Shown here: one piece after another, positions 50,046 through 62,000 of the stretch
Layout: every line of letters begins with the position of its first letter
Position numbering within the stretch: position 1 is the stretch's first letter
DNA from: Camelus ferus
Lineage: Eukaryota
Length of the DNA stretch: 64,000 nucleotides
Direction: 5' to 3'
NCBI RefSeq assembly: GCF_009834535.1
Contig: NC_045696.1
Span: forward strand, 75,084,001-75,148,000
Translations under genes and position numbers: made by a program
The notes under the pieces: generated by a model
What the model saw: only the letters and a program-made list of their open reading frames with translations
The model's database searches: none
Told to the model about the DNA's origin: nothing

Positions 50046-51938
50046 TTCTAAAGATGCTATCTTTAGAAACACTTCCAGCAAGATCAAGTAGCCCAGCTAC
50101 AGCCTTGGTACAGCGCAGCCTCCCCTCTCGAGGCCAGGATCGTCGGCCCGCCCAGCTCGTGCGGCGGCCTTGGAGCCTTCCCGCGGGCAGTGGGCGCGGC
50201 CCCCGCCACCAGCAGCTGCTCAAGCAACCAAAATATGACACTGCTTGAACCCGTGCGTAGTCAAGAACTCTCCGGGTGAGGGGAGACGGGAACAATGTTT
50301 CAGTGGCTGAAGCAGAAACCAACCGAGGGCTGGTTCAGGGGGACTCCCTCCGCCAGGTTGGATGAGGTAGTGCTTCCGGCTGCTGGCCTGTGGGCCAGGC
50401 GGCCCGTGGCCCGCGGGTTGGTTCGCTGGCGCTGGACTGCGTAGGGCAGGGCCCTCGGCCGTGGCGGGGGGAGTGGGGGCGCCTTCCAGGCTGTGCTGCA
50501 TGGCCGGCAGGAGCCTCAGCCGGGATGGGCTGCAGGGTTCGAGTTCCCGTCCCAGAGCCCGGGTCGGGGGGAAGGTGGGAGGGGACGGTGCCTGAGGGGC
50601 CAGGGCCGGGGGCTCCTCCGCCTGGCTCAGAGAGGCCCATCGTCCCCCACCCCGGCCGCCTCTTCTCAGTCATTCCCCAGCCGGAGTCAGAGGCACTGGG
50701 AGCAGAGAGAAGCGGAGGGTGGCGCCCCTCGGCCTCTGCCCCGCTGCCTCAGGCTCAGGCCTTGCTGTAGCACCGGTAGATGTTGTCCTCCATCAGGGCC
50801 ACCACCTGCTCGAACTTGTGCTGCAGCTGCGTCCTCCGGGCCGTGGGGTTCGCCTCCAGGGTGGTCATGATCTGTGGGTGATACCTCTTGGCGTATTTAT
50901 AAATCTCTGCCATGGCCACGTTGGTGTTGAACTCATTCTGGTATTTCCGCAACTCCTCGGCCAGGTGCGCGTTCATCTCCCGCTCGCTGAGCAGGGGTCA
51001 TGTCGTGGATCTGTTTGTAGTAGCGCTGCACGATTTTCTGGTACTCGGGAATCCCCTTGGCGTAGAGGAGCTTGTTGGTTGGCAAATCCTTGCCCAGCTG
51101 CAGGTCGGAGATGGAGGAGACGTCGATGAAGGCCTGTGCGATGACCAGGCAGGGGTCGATCTGGTGCGTCTTGTCGATGTCGAAGACGAACTCAGGGTTC
51201 TTCAGGATGTTCACCCAGAACCAGAGAGGAAGGCTGTTGGTCTTCCAGATGTGCAGGGTGTCGGGGGTCTGAGATCCCCCTCTTACTCGGCTTGCTCCTC
51301 CAGAAAGTCAAAGAAATACTTGACGACCAGTAGAGGCTTGTCTTCACGGATGCTCAGAATGGCCTTGAACAGGTCATCTAGAAACTTGTGCAGTGTGCCC
51401 TTGGTGGACAGCAGATAGATCTCCAGGAGCACCTTCTTGCAGTGGCTCTGCCAGTGGGACTTCTTGGGTTCTGCTAGCTCATCCGTGGGCAGCACCAAAT
51501 GGAAATACTGCTCTGCGTCCAAGTCTCTCACTCGGCCCAGCATGTTGTCCTTCTTGTCTGTGAGGCTCATGGACAGGGAGGCACCTTCAGGGATCTTGCA
51601 GTGGGCCAGCGTGTTGAGCTTCTTGCCGCCATCCTCCACCACTGAGGTGTCGTCCATGTCCCGCAGGATGTAGCTCTGCATGCTGGAGGCGAACCACTCC
51701 AGCTCGACGTCCTCGGCACGCGGCCACTAGGAGTAGGGCACGTTCTTGGAGAAGACTTCCAGAATCTTCTCCTTCACCTGCATCAGCGTGTCCGTGTCCA
51801 TGGCTTGCACACTCAGCGCGCCCATGCCGCAGCCCTAGAAGGACACGTTGAGGTTGTGGGGTTTGGCCTTGATGTTCTCGCGCAGCAGCCACTCCTCGCT
51901 GAGCGTGTAGCGGGCCTTGCCGGTGATGGCGTCGATGG
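49657..51938 (-). pseudogene. PLXND1 (pseudogene): Processed (retro)pseudogene of Plexin-D1, 5'-truncated: cytoplasmic RBD/GAP C-terminal region, 3' UTR and poly(A)
   Basis: Intronless match from IDAITGKARYTLSEEWLLRENI to QLQHKFEQVVALMEDNIY..*, with the stop at 50755-50757. Premature TAGs at 51835-51837 and 51727-51729; frameshifts near 51285, 51265 and 50995. AATAAA at 49699-49704, A-rich tail at 49657-49680. TSD tcc(t/a)tctacttctt at 49643-49656 and 51939-51952. Confidence 0.96.
49997..50044. repeat. (AAC)16 microsatellite in the retrocopy 3' UTR
   Basis: Perfect repeat, seen directly. Confidence 0.98.
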
Positions 51939-52592
51939 TCCATCTACTTCTTAAATGATAGACCTACTCGGCAGAAAAGCACCCCTGATGATGAAACCTC
52001 ACCGTTCTTCTCCATTTTGTAATCACACACACTTTCAGCCCTTACTTTACTGATGAAAAATATTTATAGTTATTTCTGTCTACACTTTCACCTTTCTGAG
52101 GTGATTTTGAATGTGCTGTTTTGAGTAAATGTCTAAACTTATGGGCCCAGGGTTACCCTTGGACTTCTTGACTGGCTTCTGTGAATTTAGTGAGTCTTTT
52201 ACCCATTCCACCTGTTAAAGGTTATCCGTTAACCTTTGAGGGTTACCAGCTCGTTCAAGGGCAGGATGGTGTATATACACTCACGTGCTGCACGCACGTG
52301 TGTGTGTGTGTATGTGTGAGATAGAGAACTGATTGACAACAATGAGCTCCAAGAGCCTCCTCTCTCCAGGTGTCCTAGAAGAGGGGCAGAGTATGCCGAG
52401 AGAGGGATGTTGCACTTTCTAAGTTAATACTGTTAATATGTATCAGAAGGGGCAGATTATGGAAGAGGAAAGAGCCCACACTTGGCCAGCATTTTCAAAA
52501 AGGAATCAACATTGCCAAGTGAAGAAAGTGGAAAGTGTGCATGTTCCCAGATAGAGCAGTCTTATTCCTGGCAGGTGACATGGTTTGGCTTC

Positions 52593-53469
52593 CTGTAGAA
52601 ATGCTAAAATATCCCTGCTATTATCTGTTTTTACTGTCAACAATTCAGACACCAAATATGTAGGTTTTCCACACTAAGCAATTCTCTAATTCTATGTGGA
52701 GTCCAACAATTTAATACAATTTTGACACTACCCAGAGTTACAGACCCCGGAGGTTAAGGATTCAGTCCCATAAGGCTGCCCCTCACTTCAAAAGCCAATT
52801 GCAAGTAGTGGGTCCCCAGGTAAACCACACTTCTCTCTGACTTGGCTACACATTGGAGATTCCCCAGAGCCCCTCTTCAGGTTCAGTAATTTGCTATAAC
52901 AGCTCACAGGACTGAGGAAAACACTTTACTCACTATTACTGGTTTATTATAAAGGATATTATAAAGGATGCAAATGACACCCAGATGAAGAGATACCAAT
53001 GGTGAGGTTAGGAAGGGTGTGGGAGCTTCTGTTCCCATGGAGTTTGGGGTGTGCCACCTTCCTGGCACATGAATGCAGTCACCAACTTGGAAGCTCTGTG
53101 AACCCTGTTTTGAGTTTTTATGGAGATTCCATTATGTAGGCACAATTGATTAAATCATTGGCCATGGGTTCAATTTCCAGCCCCTCTCCCTGCCTTGGAG
53201 GTCAGGGATGGGGCTGAAAAGTCCAACCTTCCAATCACATGATTGGGATTGGTTACTGTGTCATCCAGCCCCATCCTAGAGCTATTTGTGTCCACCAAGA
53301 GTCACTTCATTAAGCATAAACTCAGGTAGGGTTGAAAGAAGATTATTATGAATAACAAAAGACTCTCCTCTTACCCCAGCCACTCAGGAAATAAGGGTTT
53401 TAGGAGCTCTGTGCCAGGAACCAGGGATGAAGTCCAAATACATATTTCTTATTATATCACAATATCACA
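52593..53469 (-). mobile_element. MER21-family LTR
   Basis: The minus strand begins TGTGATATTGTGATATAATAAGAAAT...ggttcctggcacagagctcctaaaaccctt, the start of MER21 as I recall it. The left boundary is approximate. Confidence 0.85.
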
Positions 53470-54394
53470 GTCCTGTTCATTCTTTTAAATTTTTATTTAA
53501 AAATTCCCTTTCTTAAAAATAGGGTGAATAATAGCAATGACAGCTTACTACAGGGAAAGTTGGCTAATGAAGTTAAACTTATTTGAAGTTCTTGAGACCA
53601 TTGCTTTGGAAGAGAAAGCCTTATTAGTATTAAAACTATTAATTATCATTTATGTAATGATGATTTTTTTTTCTAGAGGATTATAAGTGAATTCTGGGAT
53701 TTGAATCCTCCCTTCCCTAATTTTAAAAACTAAGTATTGTGTCTGTGTCTCCTATAGAGAGGACCCATTTTGGAGTCCTGGTTGAGGTGGGGGCCACTCA
53801 CTGTGGTCACTTGGTCGTTGCATCTAACGGGGTAGAGCACTTTACAGTCCAGCAAGTGTGTTCACAGATGTTGTCTCCTACAGACTCACAGCAAACTAGT
53901 GAGGAAGGCTGAGGATTAAGTGTTTGGGGCTTTGGGGTTTCCTGCGTGACTCTGCTATTCAGTGAGCTGAAAATCCTGGTCCCGATTTAGCTTGCCTCTG
54001 CTTTTGCGACACTGCCCGCTCTGCACCTGCCTGTGGAGGTGCACGCTGTCCGCTGTGCATGGCTGCCTCCCCCACCTCCAAGCCCTCTTGCCCGTGGTCA
54101 CTGAGCCTCCACCACAGAGGAGTCCTCTCCTCTGAACTGTAGCACCTTAAGTTTCAATGAGACTATTTTGAAAAGTGTCTCAATGGTGGGTTTGGAGTCT
54201 TCTTTTCTTTCTTCTTCTTACACTGTGTTCTGTACATTTCCTGTAGGGTGAAGAAAGTGAAAATGAAAAGTAATAAAAATCTCATTGATTTGATCATTTT
54301 TAGTCATAATCAAAGTGTATGCAGTTCATGGTGGATGATCAGTAAATATCTGATGGATAAATGAATGAATAGCCACACTTGACGCCTGTCCTGG

Positions 54395-54595
54395 ACGGTA
54401 GTGTGTGGTGCTGCAAGTCCTGGAGCCCCGGAACCAGACTCCCTGGGTCTGAGTGTCAGAGGTCCTGACGTCAGGAGCTGGGAGGCCTTAGGCAAGTTAC
54501 TTAATTCCTCTATTTCAGTTTCCTTACCTGTAACATAGGGATAAAATAGTCTTTACTTTATCAAGCTGTTGTGAGGATTAAATGAGTTAATAAAT
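54395..54595 (+). mobile_element. MIR SINE
   Basis: ttaggcaagttacttaa...tcagtttccttacctgtaacatagggataa...gttgtgaggattaaatgagttaat. Confidence 0.85.
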
Positions 54596-56557
54596 AAAGG
54601 CAAAGGATAGCATTAAAGTGCATTTCCATATATTATCTCACTTTTACCTTAACAGCCACTTGATAGTGTAGTGGGAACACTTCTGAATCTCATGGCTGAG
54701 GAATCTCAAATTCAAAGGACTGGTGAGAAGCAGAGAGTGTCTAAAATTCAGTTCTGATTCCAAAGTCTCATTTTCTAGGTTGGAGTTATTTGTTTAGTTC
54801 TGAAGATGATTGAAAGACAAAAAAAAAAAAAAAAAAAAAGCGAATAGCTTTGATTTCAGTCAAAGGGTACACATCTTAGAGAAGGACAAACTCACTTTCT
54901 GTGGTTGAATGAGATGAAAAAAGGTTGTGCGAAGTATCAGAGATGAGAACAGCCGCTGCCCTTATCACAACCCCTCAGTGCCTCCAGGGAAGAGGAAAAG
55001 AGGCAGTTTAGAAGAACTGAGGAAAGGAATCAATCAATTCAATTTAAAACTACATAATACCTTCTTTATTCTTTAGTGTTAGCACTGAGCTTCTGCTGAA
55101 AAATCGCTTTGCTCTAAAATGGCCTAATTTTTCCTTTTAATTTGCATTTCCTTCCTGCCCAGATGCTACTGGCAGCTGCCCAGTGGTAGTTTCACTAAAA
55201 CAACTGTGCTCCACCTCGATGTGTATCTCTAAACTGTCCTTTTACATTTGTTTCTTTGCATAATTTGTCAAACTTTGCAAGTTGCAGAGCAAAATTCTGC
55301 CAACAAAAAACAGGAAGTTTGGGCCATCTTTCTGGGTTTACTGTTACTGGTTTTTCAGCAACTAGAATCAAACCCTGGTGAAAGTATTTAACACATTAAC
55401 AGTTTGAAATTGTGCTCAAGGCTCTGGGCAATGAATATTAAAAAAACAAAAACAAAACAAAAAAAACCCAAAACTGAGCAACAAGGGGACTTGGACACAT
55501 TATTTATACATTTGGTGAGCTCATTCACTCACCCAGGGAAATCAGGCACACGGCTGCCAGCCCAAGGTTAATTTTATTTTCTTCTCAGCCAGGAGCAGGG
55601 TGTGCTATTATACAGAGAGAGAAATGAGGACTTTTTAATTGGCCAAGAGGAACTTCTGCTGCACAAGGATATATTCCGATTGCTGGAGGTCAATGGAGTG
55701 CTTTAGGATTTTAAAATCCTGCTGCGTTCACAGTTTAATATGAAATCCTCCAAATTGCTAGAATTCAAAAAACCCTGCATTAACAGTTTTGAAACAGAAG
55801 AGGGCATCTCATCATGTTTTTTGTCTGTTTGTTTTTTGGGTTTTTTTTTTTTTTTTTTTTTTTTTTGAGAATGAAAAGGAAACTGGTCTTTGAATGAAAA
55901 TGAACAGCATTTCCTTTTCGGAATGAATGAATGAAAATACACTGTTCGTGTTTTCAAAAGTTTAAATGTGACTAAAAATGCTGTATTTGCTTTCTAATTG
56001 AAGACTTCTAATACCAAGCTGTTTTATACTATAAAGTAGCTGTTAATTAAACACATTATCACATGGATTCCCTTCTTCCAAGTTGCCCAGCCCTTATTAG
56101 CCCAACCTCCCTTAACTTCTTATGTTCAGATGACAGTTTTTCTCAAAATCCAATCTGTCTAAGGGTCGGTGAGTCTTCTATAATTGTGTGTAAAATGTGT
56201 GTTTGTGTATTTTTTTTTTTTTTTTTGGAGATTTGTAGTTTTAAACATACCATCTACTTTCTCAGGATAAGCCCCTAAGAAGTTTCCACGTTTAATTCCA
56301 TTTTATACAAATTGGTTCTTTACATTCCGCATATATTTAAATGCTCAGTTTATGACACCTTGGACAAAGCCTGTTATAATAAATACCACTGAATGGAAAA
56401 GCTCAGGATTTTCCTAATAATTTAAACCATACCATTATGGAATACAGCAGCAAGCCTTTTGAAAAGTCTTTGGTATTCTTTATATTAATTTCTAGATAGA
56501 GCTGAGAGGGAACTTTTTGATCTAATCTGTTCATTTTACTTATTGGTGCCAGAAAGG

Positions 56558-57162
56558 TGTGAGGTGGGAAGCCCCATAAAAAAGACCGGCAGGACCCCCA
56601 GGCAGGGCCACTACTCTCCTGCCAGGGCCACTACTCTCCTGCCAGCACCATCCGGTTCCCTGGCCCAGCGACGTTATCTCACTTTTTGCCTCTGAAATGG
56701 CTTACTTCTAGGAAAGTGGAACTTACCCTTAAAATTCTATAGGTTCCCTGAGATCACTCCTGATTGGTTATTTCCTTCACTCCTGATTGGTCCATTTCCC
56801 TCACTCCTGATTTGTCCATTTGTAGTACTTCATTTGCATGGAGCTCACTCCTGATTGGTTATTTCTCTCCCTCCTGATTGGTCCATTTCTACAAAACTTG
56901 TTCCTAATTAGTCAACTTTTGTTATACCTTATTTACATATGATGTTGCAAAATGTAAACTGGCAGCCTATAAAAGCCTATGTAAACCTACAGACGGGGTC
57001 CAGAGCTTGGAGTGTTAACTTCTCTGGGCCCACTGGCGTAAAAAACCTGAGTTCTCCAACTCTCCGAGTGCTGCTTGGTCTCTCGCCTGGATCCAGGCTG
57101 CTGTCACAACTGAGCTGTAACACGTTTTTCTGCAATAGTGCAGGGTTCTGTGAAGTGTTACA
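56558..57162 (+). mobile_element. ERV solo LTR with a tandem CCAAT-box array
   Basis: TGT...ACA termini, near-TSD (a/c)agg, repeated tcactcctgattgg units, TATAAAA at 56968-56974 and a gagctgtaacac motif. More CpG than the flanks. Confidence 0.8.
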
Positions 57163-58834
57163 CAGGTAGTAACGTGTTGTGTCAGAGTTCAGGATTACAG
57201 CCCAGTCTTTGAGCTTTCAGTCTATTGTTCTTTTTTCTCAGTCTTGCTTGGTCCAAAGCTTGCACTGGTCCAAAACACATGGGACCCTTATATCCCTCTG
57301 CTCGTGCATATATGTTGTTTGTCTGTGTTTTTTAATGTTTTGGGTAGGTTGATTTTCTACGTGAACTCTTTGTAGAAAAATATATTTTGTCTTTTTTCCA
57401 GTTGATCTAAATTGTTTAACCTGGCAGTGCTCAGTTCAGTTTTATGAAAGAATGAATTTAGTGAGGGCAAAGTGAGTTTGGAAGCAGGAAGGAGCTGTTG
57501 GACAAGACAGGGTAGGAAAAGTTAGCTCCAGATTTGACCTCTGGACTTGTTATAATACTTATTGTAAGTCAGAACCTGGTGTTCATTGTTCTATTAATGT
57601 CTTCTTCAGTGGCCCCATTTAAAATTTGAGACTGGCCCTTTGTAGCATCCTCTCTATTTCTCTGGGAACATCTAGAACATCCAAGTTGATAATTTTCTAA
57701 GAACAATTAAACTTTCAAGAAAAAAAAAATTCCTTGTCATATGGGACATATTCTTGAAGCTGACCCACTATCCCTGAGTCCCAGGATTGGGGTAAAGGTG
57801 AGGAATGTGTGTAGCACATATTATTTGGTAATTAAAAAAAAAACTTTTATATTTTAAGGTAGCTATTTTGACTTGATTGATCAAATCCATCAACATAATA
57901 TCTTGCTTTGCCCTGGGAGTCTTGAGTAGATATCATAAATTACCCTAGAGTTGAAAGTAGAGCCTTTGGGAACCAGACTGGCCTAGGAAGGGTCCTTTCT
58001 GGGACTACAGATTTCATGTTCTAGCTAAGGCTGAAGTGCAAGGATCTCCTTGTCTTGCTGGGCAATGTTTCAGCCTGTAGGTTACTTCCAAGACAGACAA
58101 TTAAGGCTCATTGTGTGCTATTCAATGGTATTCATACCCATGTATCTTCTCCTTACTGCATTTATGGAAGACATATGTTGGAATCTAACAGCTGTCTACG
58201 GCATTTTCTTTGTAAAACTATAAGTGATGCTTTGTGCATTCTTTTGCATTAGGTAGATGTTTTATTTTCTTTCCTTTTATTGCCTCACATCACACCCCAA
58301 CCTTGCCGTAACGCCCTAACCATCTAAGCAGAAGTGTGGGGGACAATGGAAAGGAAATTTAGTTGTAGACACTTCATTTTGGAAAGGAAAAAGTCAGAAG
58401 CAGAGTAGGGAGCTCAAGGGACTGGTATTTAGATGGGATATCAATGTTTATAGAACCATAAGGGGAATATTTGTTGAAGACATAGTTGTTATTATTTTTA
58501 AACAAGTTACTTAAAAAATTAGGAATATGTATGCAAAGTGAGTAATTCAGAGAGTTGATGCAAATATTTAGACATTTCAGGACCCAATCTCTATTAGTTG
58601 CTTTGAAAGGTTAAAAAAATTAGGACCTGATTTATCTGGGCAAATTAAGTGTCTGCATTAGTTAAATTTATTAGATAATTGCTTTGTTCTCTATTTAATT
58701 TTTATTGCATAGACATAATTTTATAAAAGCATTTATATATATCCTGGAGATAAAGTATTTTTACAAAGCATGATTGTCAATTCCATTGACACTGGACAAT
58801 GTCAAAGTGTTTATAGTGGCAGTTGCTTTTCTGT

Positions 58835-59060
58835 AATAACAATAGCAGACATGTTTATAGCATTTACTACTTACTAGGCACAGTTCTGAGCACTTAATTT
58901 CATCTTCAAGTTACAAGATGAATGCTATCATTATTTCCATTTTATAGGCAGGACAACTGAATCTCAGAGACATTAATTTGCCTAAGATCACAAAATCCAT
59001 AGTGATCTGAACCCAAGTAATCTGGCTCTAGATTCTGGGCATGTAACCACTACACTATGC
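58835..59060 (-). mobile_element. MIR SINE
   Basis: atttactac...ctaggcacagttctgagcactt...ccattttataggcagga.aactga...ttgcctaagatcaca. Confidence 0.8.
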
Positions 59061-62000
59061 AATCAGTTGATTTTTGAACAGCTTCTGGATTACCTTCTGG
59101 CATCGGCCAACTTGATAAGCAAGAATCCTACAATCTTGAATTATTTTTATTTTAAGTGACTGTTTGGTTTTAATCTAGGAACAGAAAGACAGGGAGCATT
59201 AAGTGAAGAGAGCTGGGTGAAGGATAATCAAATAGTCCTCTTAGTTTCTATTTTTCTTCCCATTTTTAATTAAGGCATTTAAAAAACATTCTCTATCATA
59301 AAAAAGAAAAATAATGCAAGTGAAATGATTGATGGTAGCTGACTTTGGTTCTCAGTGTTAGGAAAACTATAGGGACAGGTGAGGATTGTAACATATTGGA
59401 GATTGCTTGTTTTTATAAAAAGGGCAGACATTATTAGGTGTGGTATCACCAGGTCTTTTTTTTTTTTTTTTTTCAAAAAGAAGCAGGTACTCATAATTTT
59501 ATCTGACATATGTGAATTTTAATTATTAGCTCAATATTTTAAAAGGTATAATAAGAGCTAAATAAAACCTATTTTTCAGCCAGAGGTTACCAGTTTGTAT
59601 GTAGCCTCTGAAATAAAGAATATCTTGGCGTTGTGTTTATGGGCATGTGCAGGTAAAAGAAAACATGGAAAAATTGAGTAACTTTGTACCTTAACAGCCC
59701 AAAAGTCAATAATAAACTATTACATTTATCACCTTTAGCTGGACTATATTATAAGTAGGAGTTATTTTCAATGATTCAGCCTCCTAGTCAGAGAAAGAAG
59801 AGCTATGGAAACTTATAACAGGTTTATAGATTTATAAAGTAAAAAAAAACTTCATAAATATTTAAAGTGAATTGATATGGTCCCTGGACAACGATAATAG
59901 ATTTTTTTTTTTTACTGTATGCAATTGCTATGGCAATTTGCATCTTGATGGATGGATCATTTTATTCTGTAAAATATAGGCTTAGGCAATAATACTCTTT
60001 TGCTACTGAGATATTGAGAAATGTAGACAATAAATACGCTTGAAGGGAACAAGAAACAAAATTGTTGTTAATTCCCACTCCATCCAGTCCCATCCCACCT
60101 ATGCAGAGTGAACATTTCTAGAAGCTTCTCTGCCTCTCTTTTCACTAATAAGAGTACGGTTGCAATGTGGTAATGGCTCTTTTCTTTTCTTTTCTTTTCT
60201 TTTCTTTTTTTCAGTTAATATCTAGAGATTGGGAGTGGTAGAGTGAAGAGCATAGCAAATCCTCTTCCCATAAAACAGTGATAAAACTGGATAACACTGC
60301 CAAAAACAACCATTACAGAAATCTGAAAATTGACTAAGGGTATGCAACAAATTGATGTGTTTAGTTTACAAGAGCTGCTGAACTTTGGGTGCAAGCAATG
60401 AATCTGTGCTGTATTGACCTAGGCTGCTTCCATCCCACCTCCCTCAGTTCCATCATGTGATAGTTTGGTCAGGGTGGGGCAAGCCATGAAAAAAAGGCAC
60501 CTAGCTACTGGAGGCAGCTGACTCAGTTTGGAGAGGGGAGTGGGAAACCTGATGCCCTCAATTATTTGTCAGAAACAGCAAATAAACAGGGAAGGCTAAT
60601 GATGCTGCTAGTCTGACTGCTGTGCTCCTAGTTGGAATAAACAAGACACCAGCAGGCTGGTGAGAAGTTTACCAGGGAATTAAAAGGAATGAGATAGCCA
60701 CAGCAGTCTGCTCACAGGGTGCTAGAAGCCTACCTGCCTGGAGGGGAGGCTTTATCCCTGCATGAATAGATGCCAAAGATACTCTTAGCTGTACTGTAAG
60801 TCCTCTCTTCCTTAAAGTGTGGAATGCAGACTTGACAGTATAGGACCTATGTGCACACGTGCTTCATGTTTATTAAACTTAGTTTGCATAGATGCCCTTA
60901 ATGTGTTTGTGGTCTAGGGTCATACGTGATAAAACTGAACGCAATTATAGATCACAGGACCAGACCAGCTGTCTGAATCTGGGATTCTTTCCAGCTGTAA
61001 ATAGTGCCTGGGCACAGAATCAACTAGCAAAATTAAGGGGTGGAGGGCTTGGGTATTTGGGAAAAAGAAGGAAAGAGTGCTAAGACATCCAAATGTTACA
61101 AATTAACCCTCCAGGAGCAAGAGCAGTAGAAAGCTACCGACAACAGCAATTGAGGGCAATAAAGCTTTCAGGAAGGGAGACGTATAAATTGGTAAAGAGG
61201 AAAATACAGTGTATTTTGACAAGCTAAACCCCCTCTTAATCAGAACCCCCTCCTTTTAAAAATAATTGGAAAGATTCTACTCTTTGAGGAAATTATTTGT
61301 GGGAAAATGTGAATCTTTAAGTTTCTAAAATAACTGCAAAAATAAAATTAGCATTTAAAAGGGTTTTGTGTGTGTGAATGTCATAAAAAGCTATATTTAC
61401 TTTCTTAGAAAACATCATGTATTGTTAAAGTGTCTGGAATCATGTAAAATTCCCAGTTGAATTAGAAAGCTCTTCCCTTCATTATTGTTTTGGTAAAAAA
61501 TTATTACACACGTAACACATATAAGTGGCAGAAAAATTTAGAAACTCTAGCTAAGTGTAAAATTTTCAAAATTACTCATTTTCCACCACCCAAAGCTAAT
61601 AGCATAAACATTATAGTGTGGATCCTTCTAGATACATTGTATGTATCATGCTAAAACTGGCTTCTACACTATTATTAAATTCTTGAGATTGGTTGGAATA
61701 CTGTATAGGGATCATTTTCAGTCACTTTTAGAGGGGTTTAATTTATGTAGGCATGGATGCATTTCTTTAACTTTCTCAAAGATATTACTTGTTGTGAACA
61801 AGGGTTTATTTGTCTATCTGTCTGTCTAGCTGGCCAGCTGGCCAGCTGGCTAGCTTCCCTGGATCTAGACTCCTTCCTATATTTGGGGAAGTCCTGTGGC
61901 AAAGCTTGCCTTCCATGGTAGAAGCTGAAAAGGTCAGATGCATGTTCTTCAACCTTTCATGTAGCTAGGGATTAGTTTAGGGCTTCACCTTAACATTCTT

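Noticed and set aside
49895..50322. Poly-Asn and poly-Leu ORFs
   Set aside because: Translation of the (AAC)16 microsatellite.
50220..51673. Long + strand ORFs and alternative-frame ORFs over the retrocopy
   Set aside because: They are antisense or shadow frames of GC-rich PLXND1 coding and UTR sequence.
55050..56100. Repeat-free stretch that might be a conserved enhancer
   Set aside because: Only short generic motifs are visible. It cannot be supported without conservation or chromatin data.
56754..56890. CRISPR-like regularly repeated ~23-bp units
   Set aside because: The units are directly tandem with no unique spacers, lie in an LTR U3 region of a mammalian genome, and there are no cas genes.
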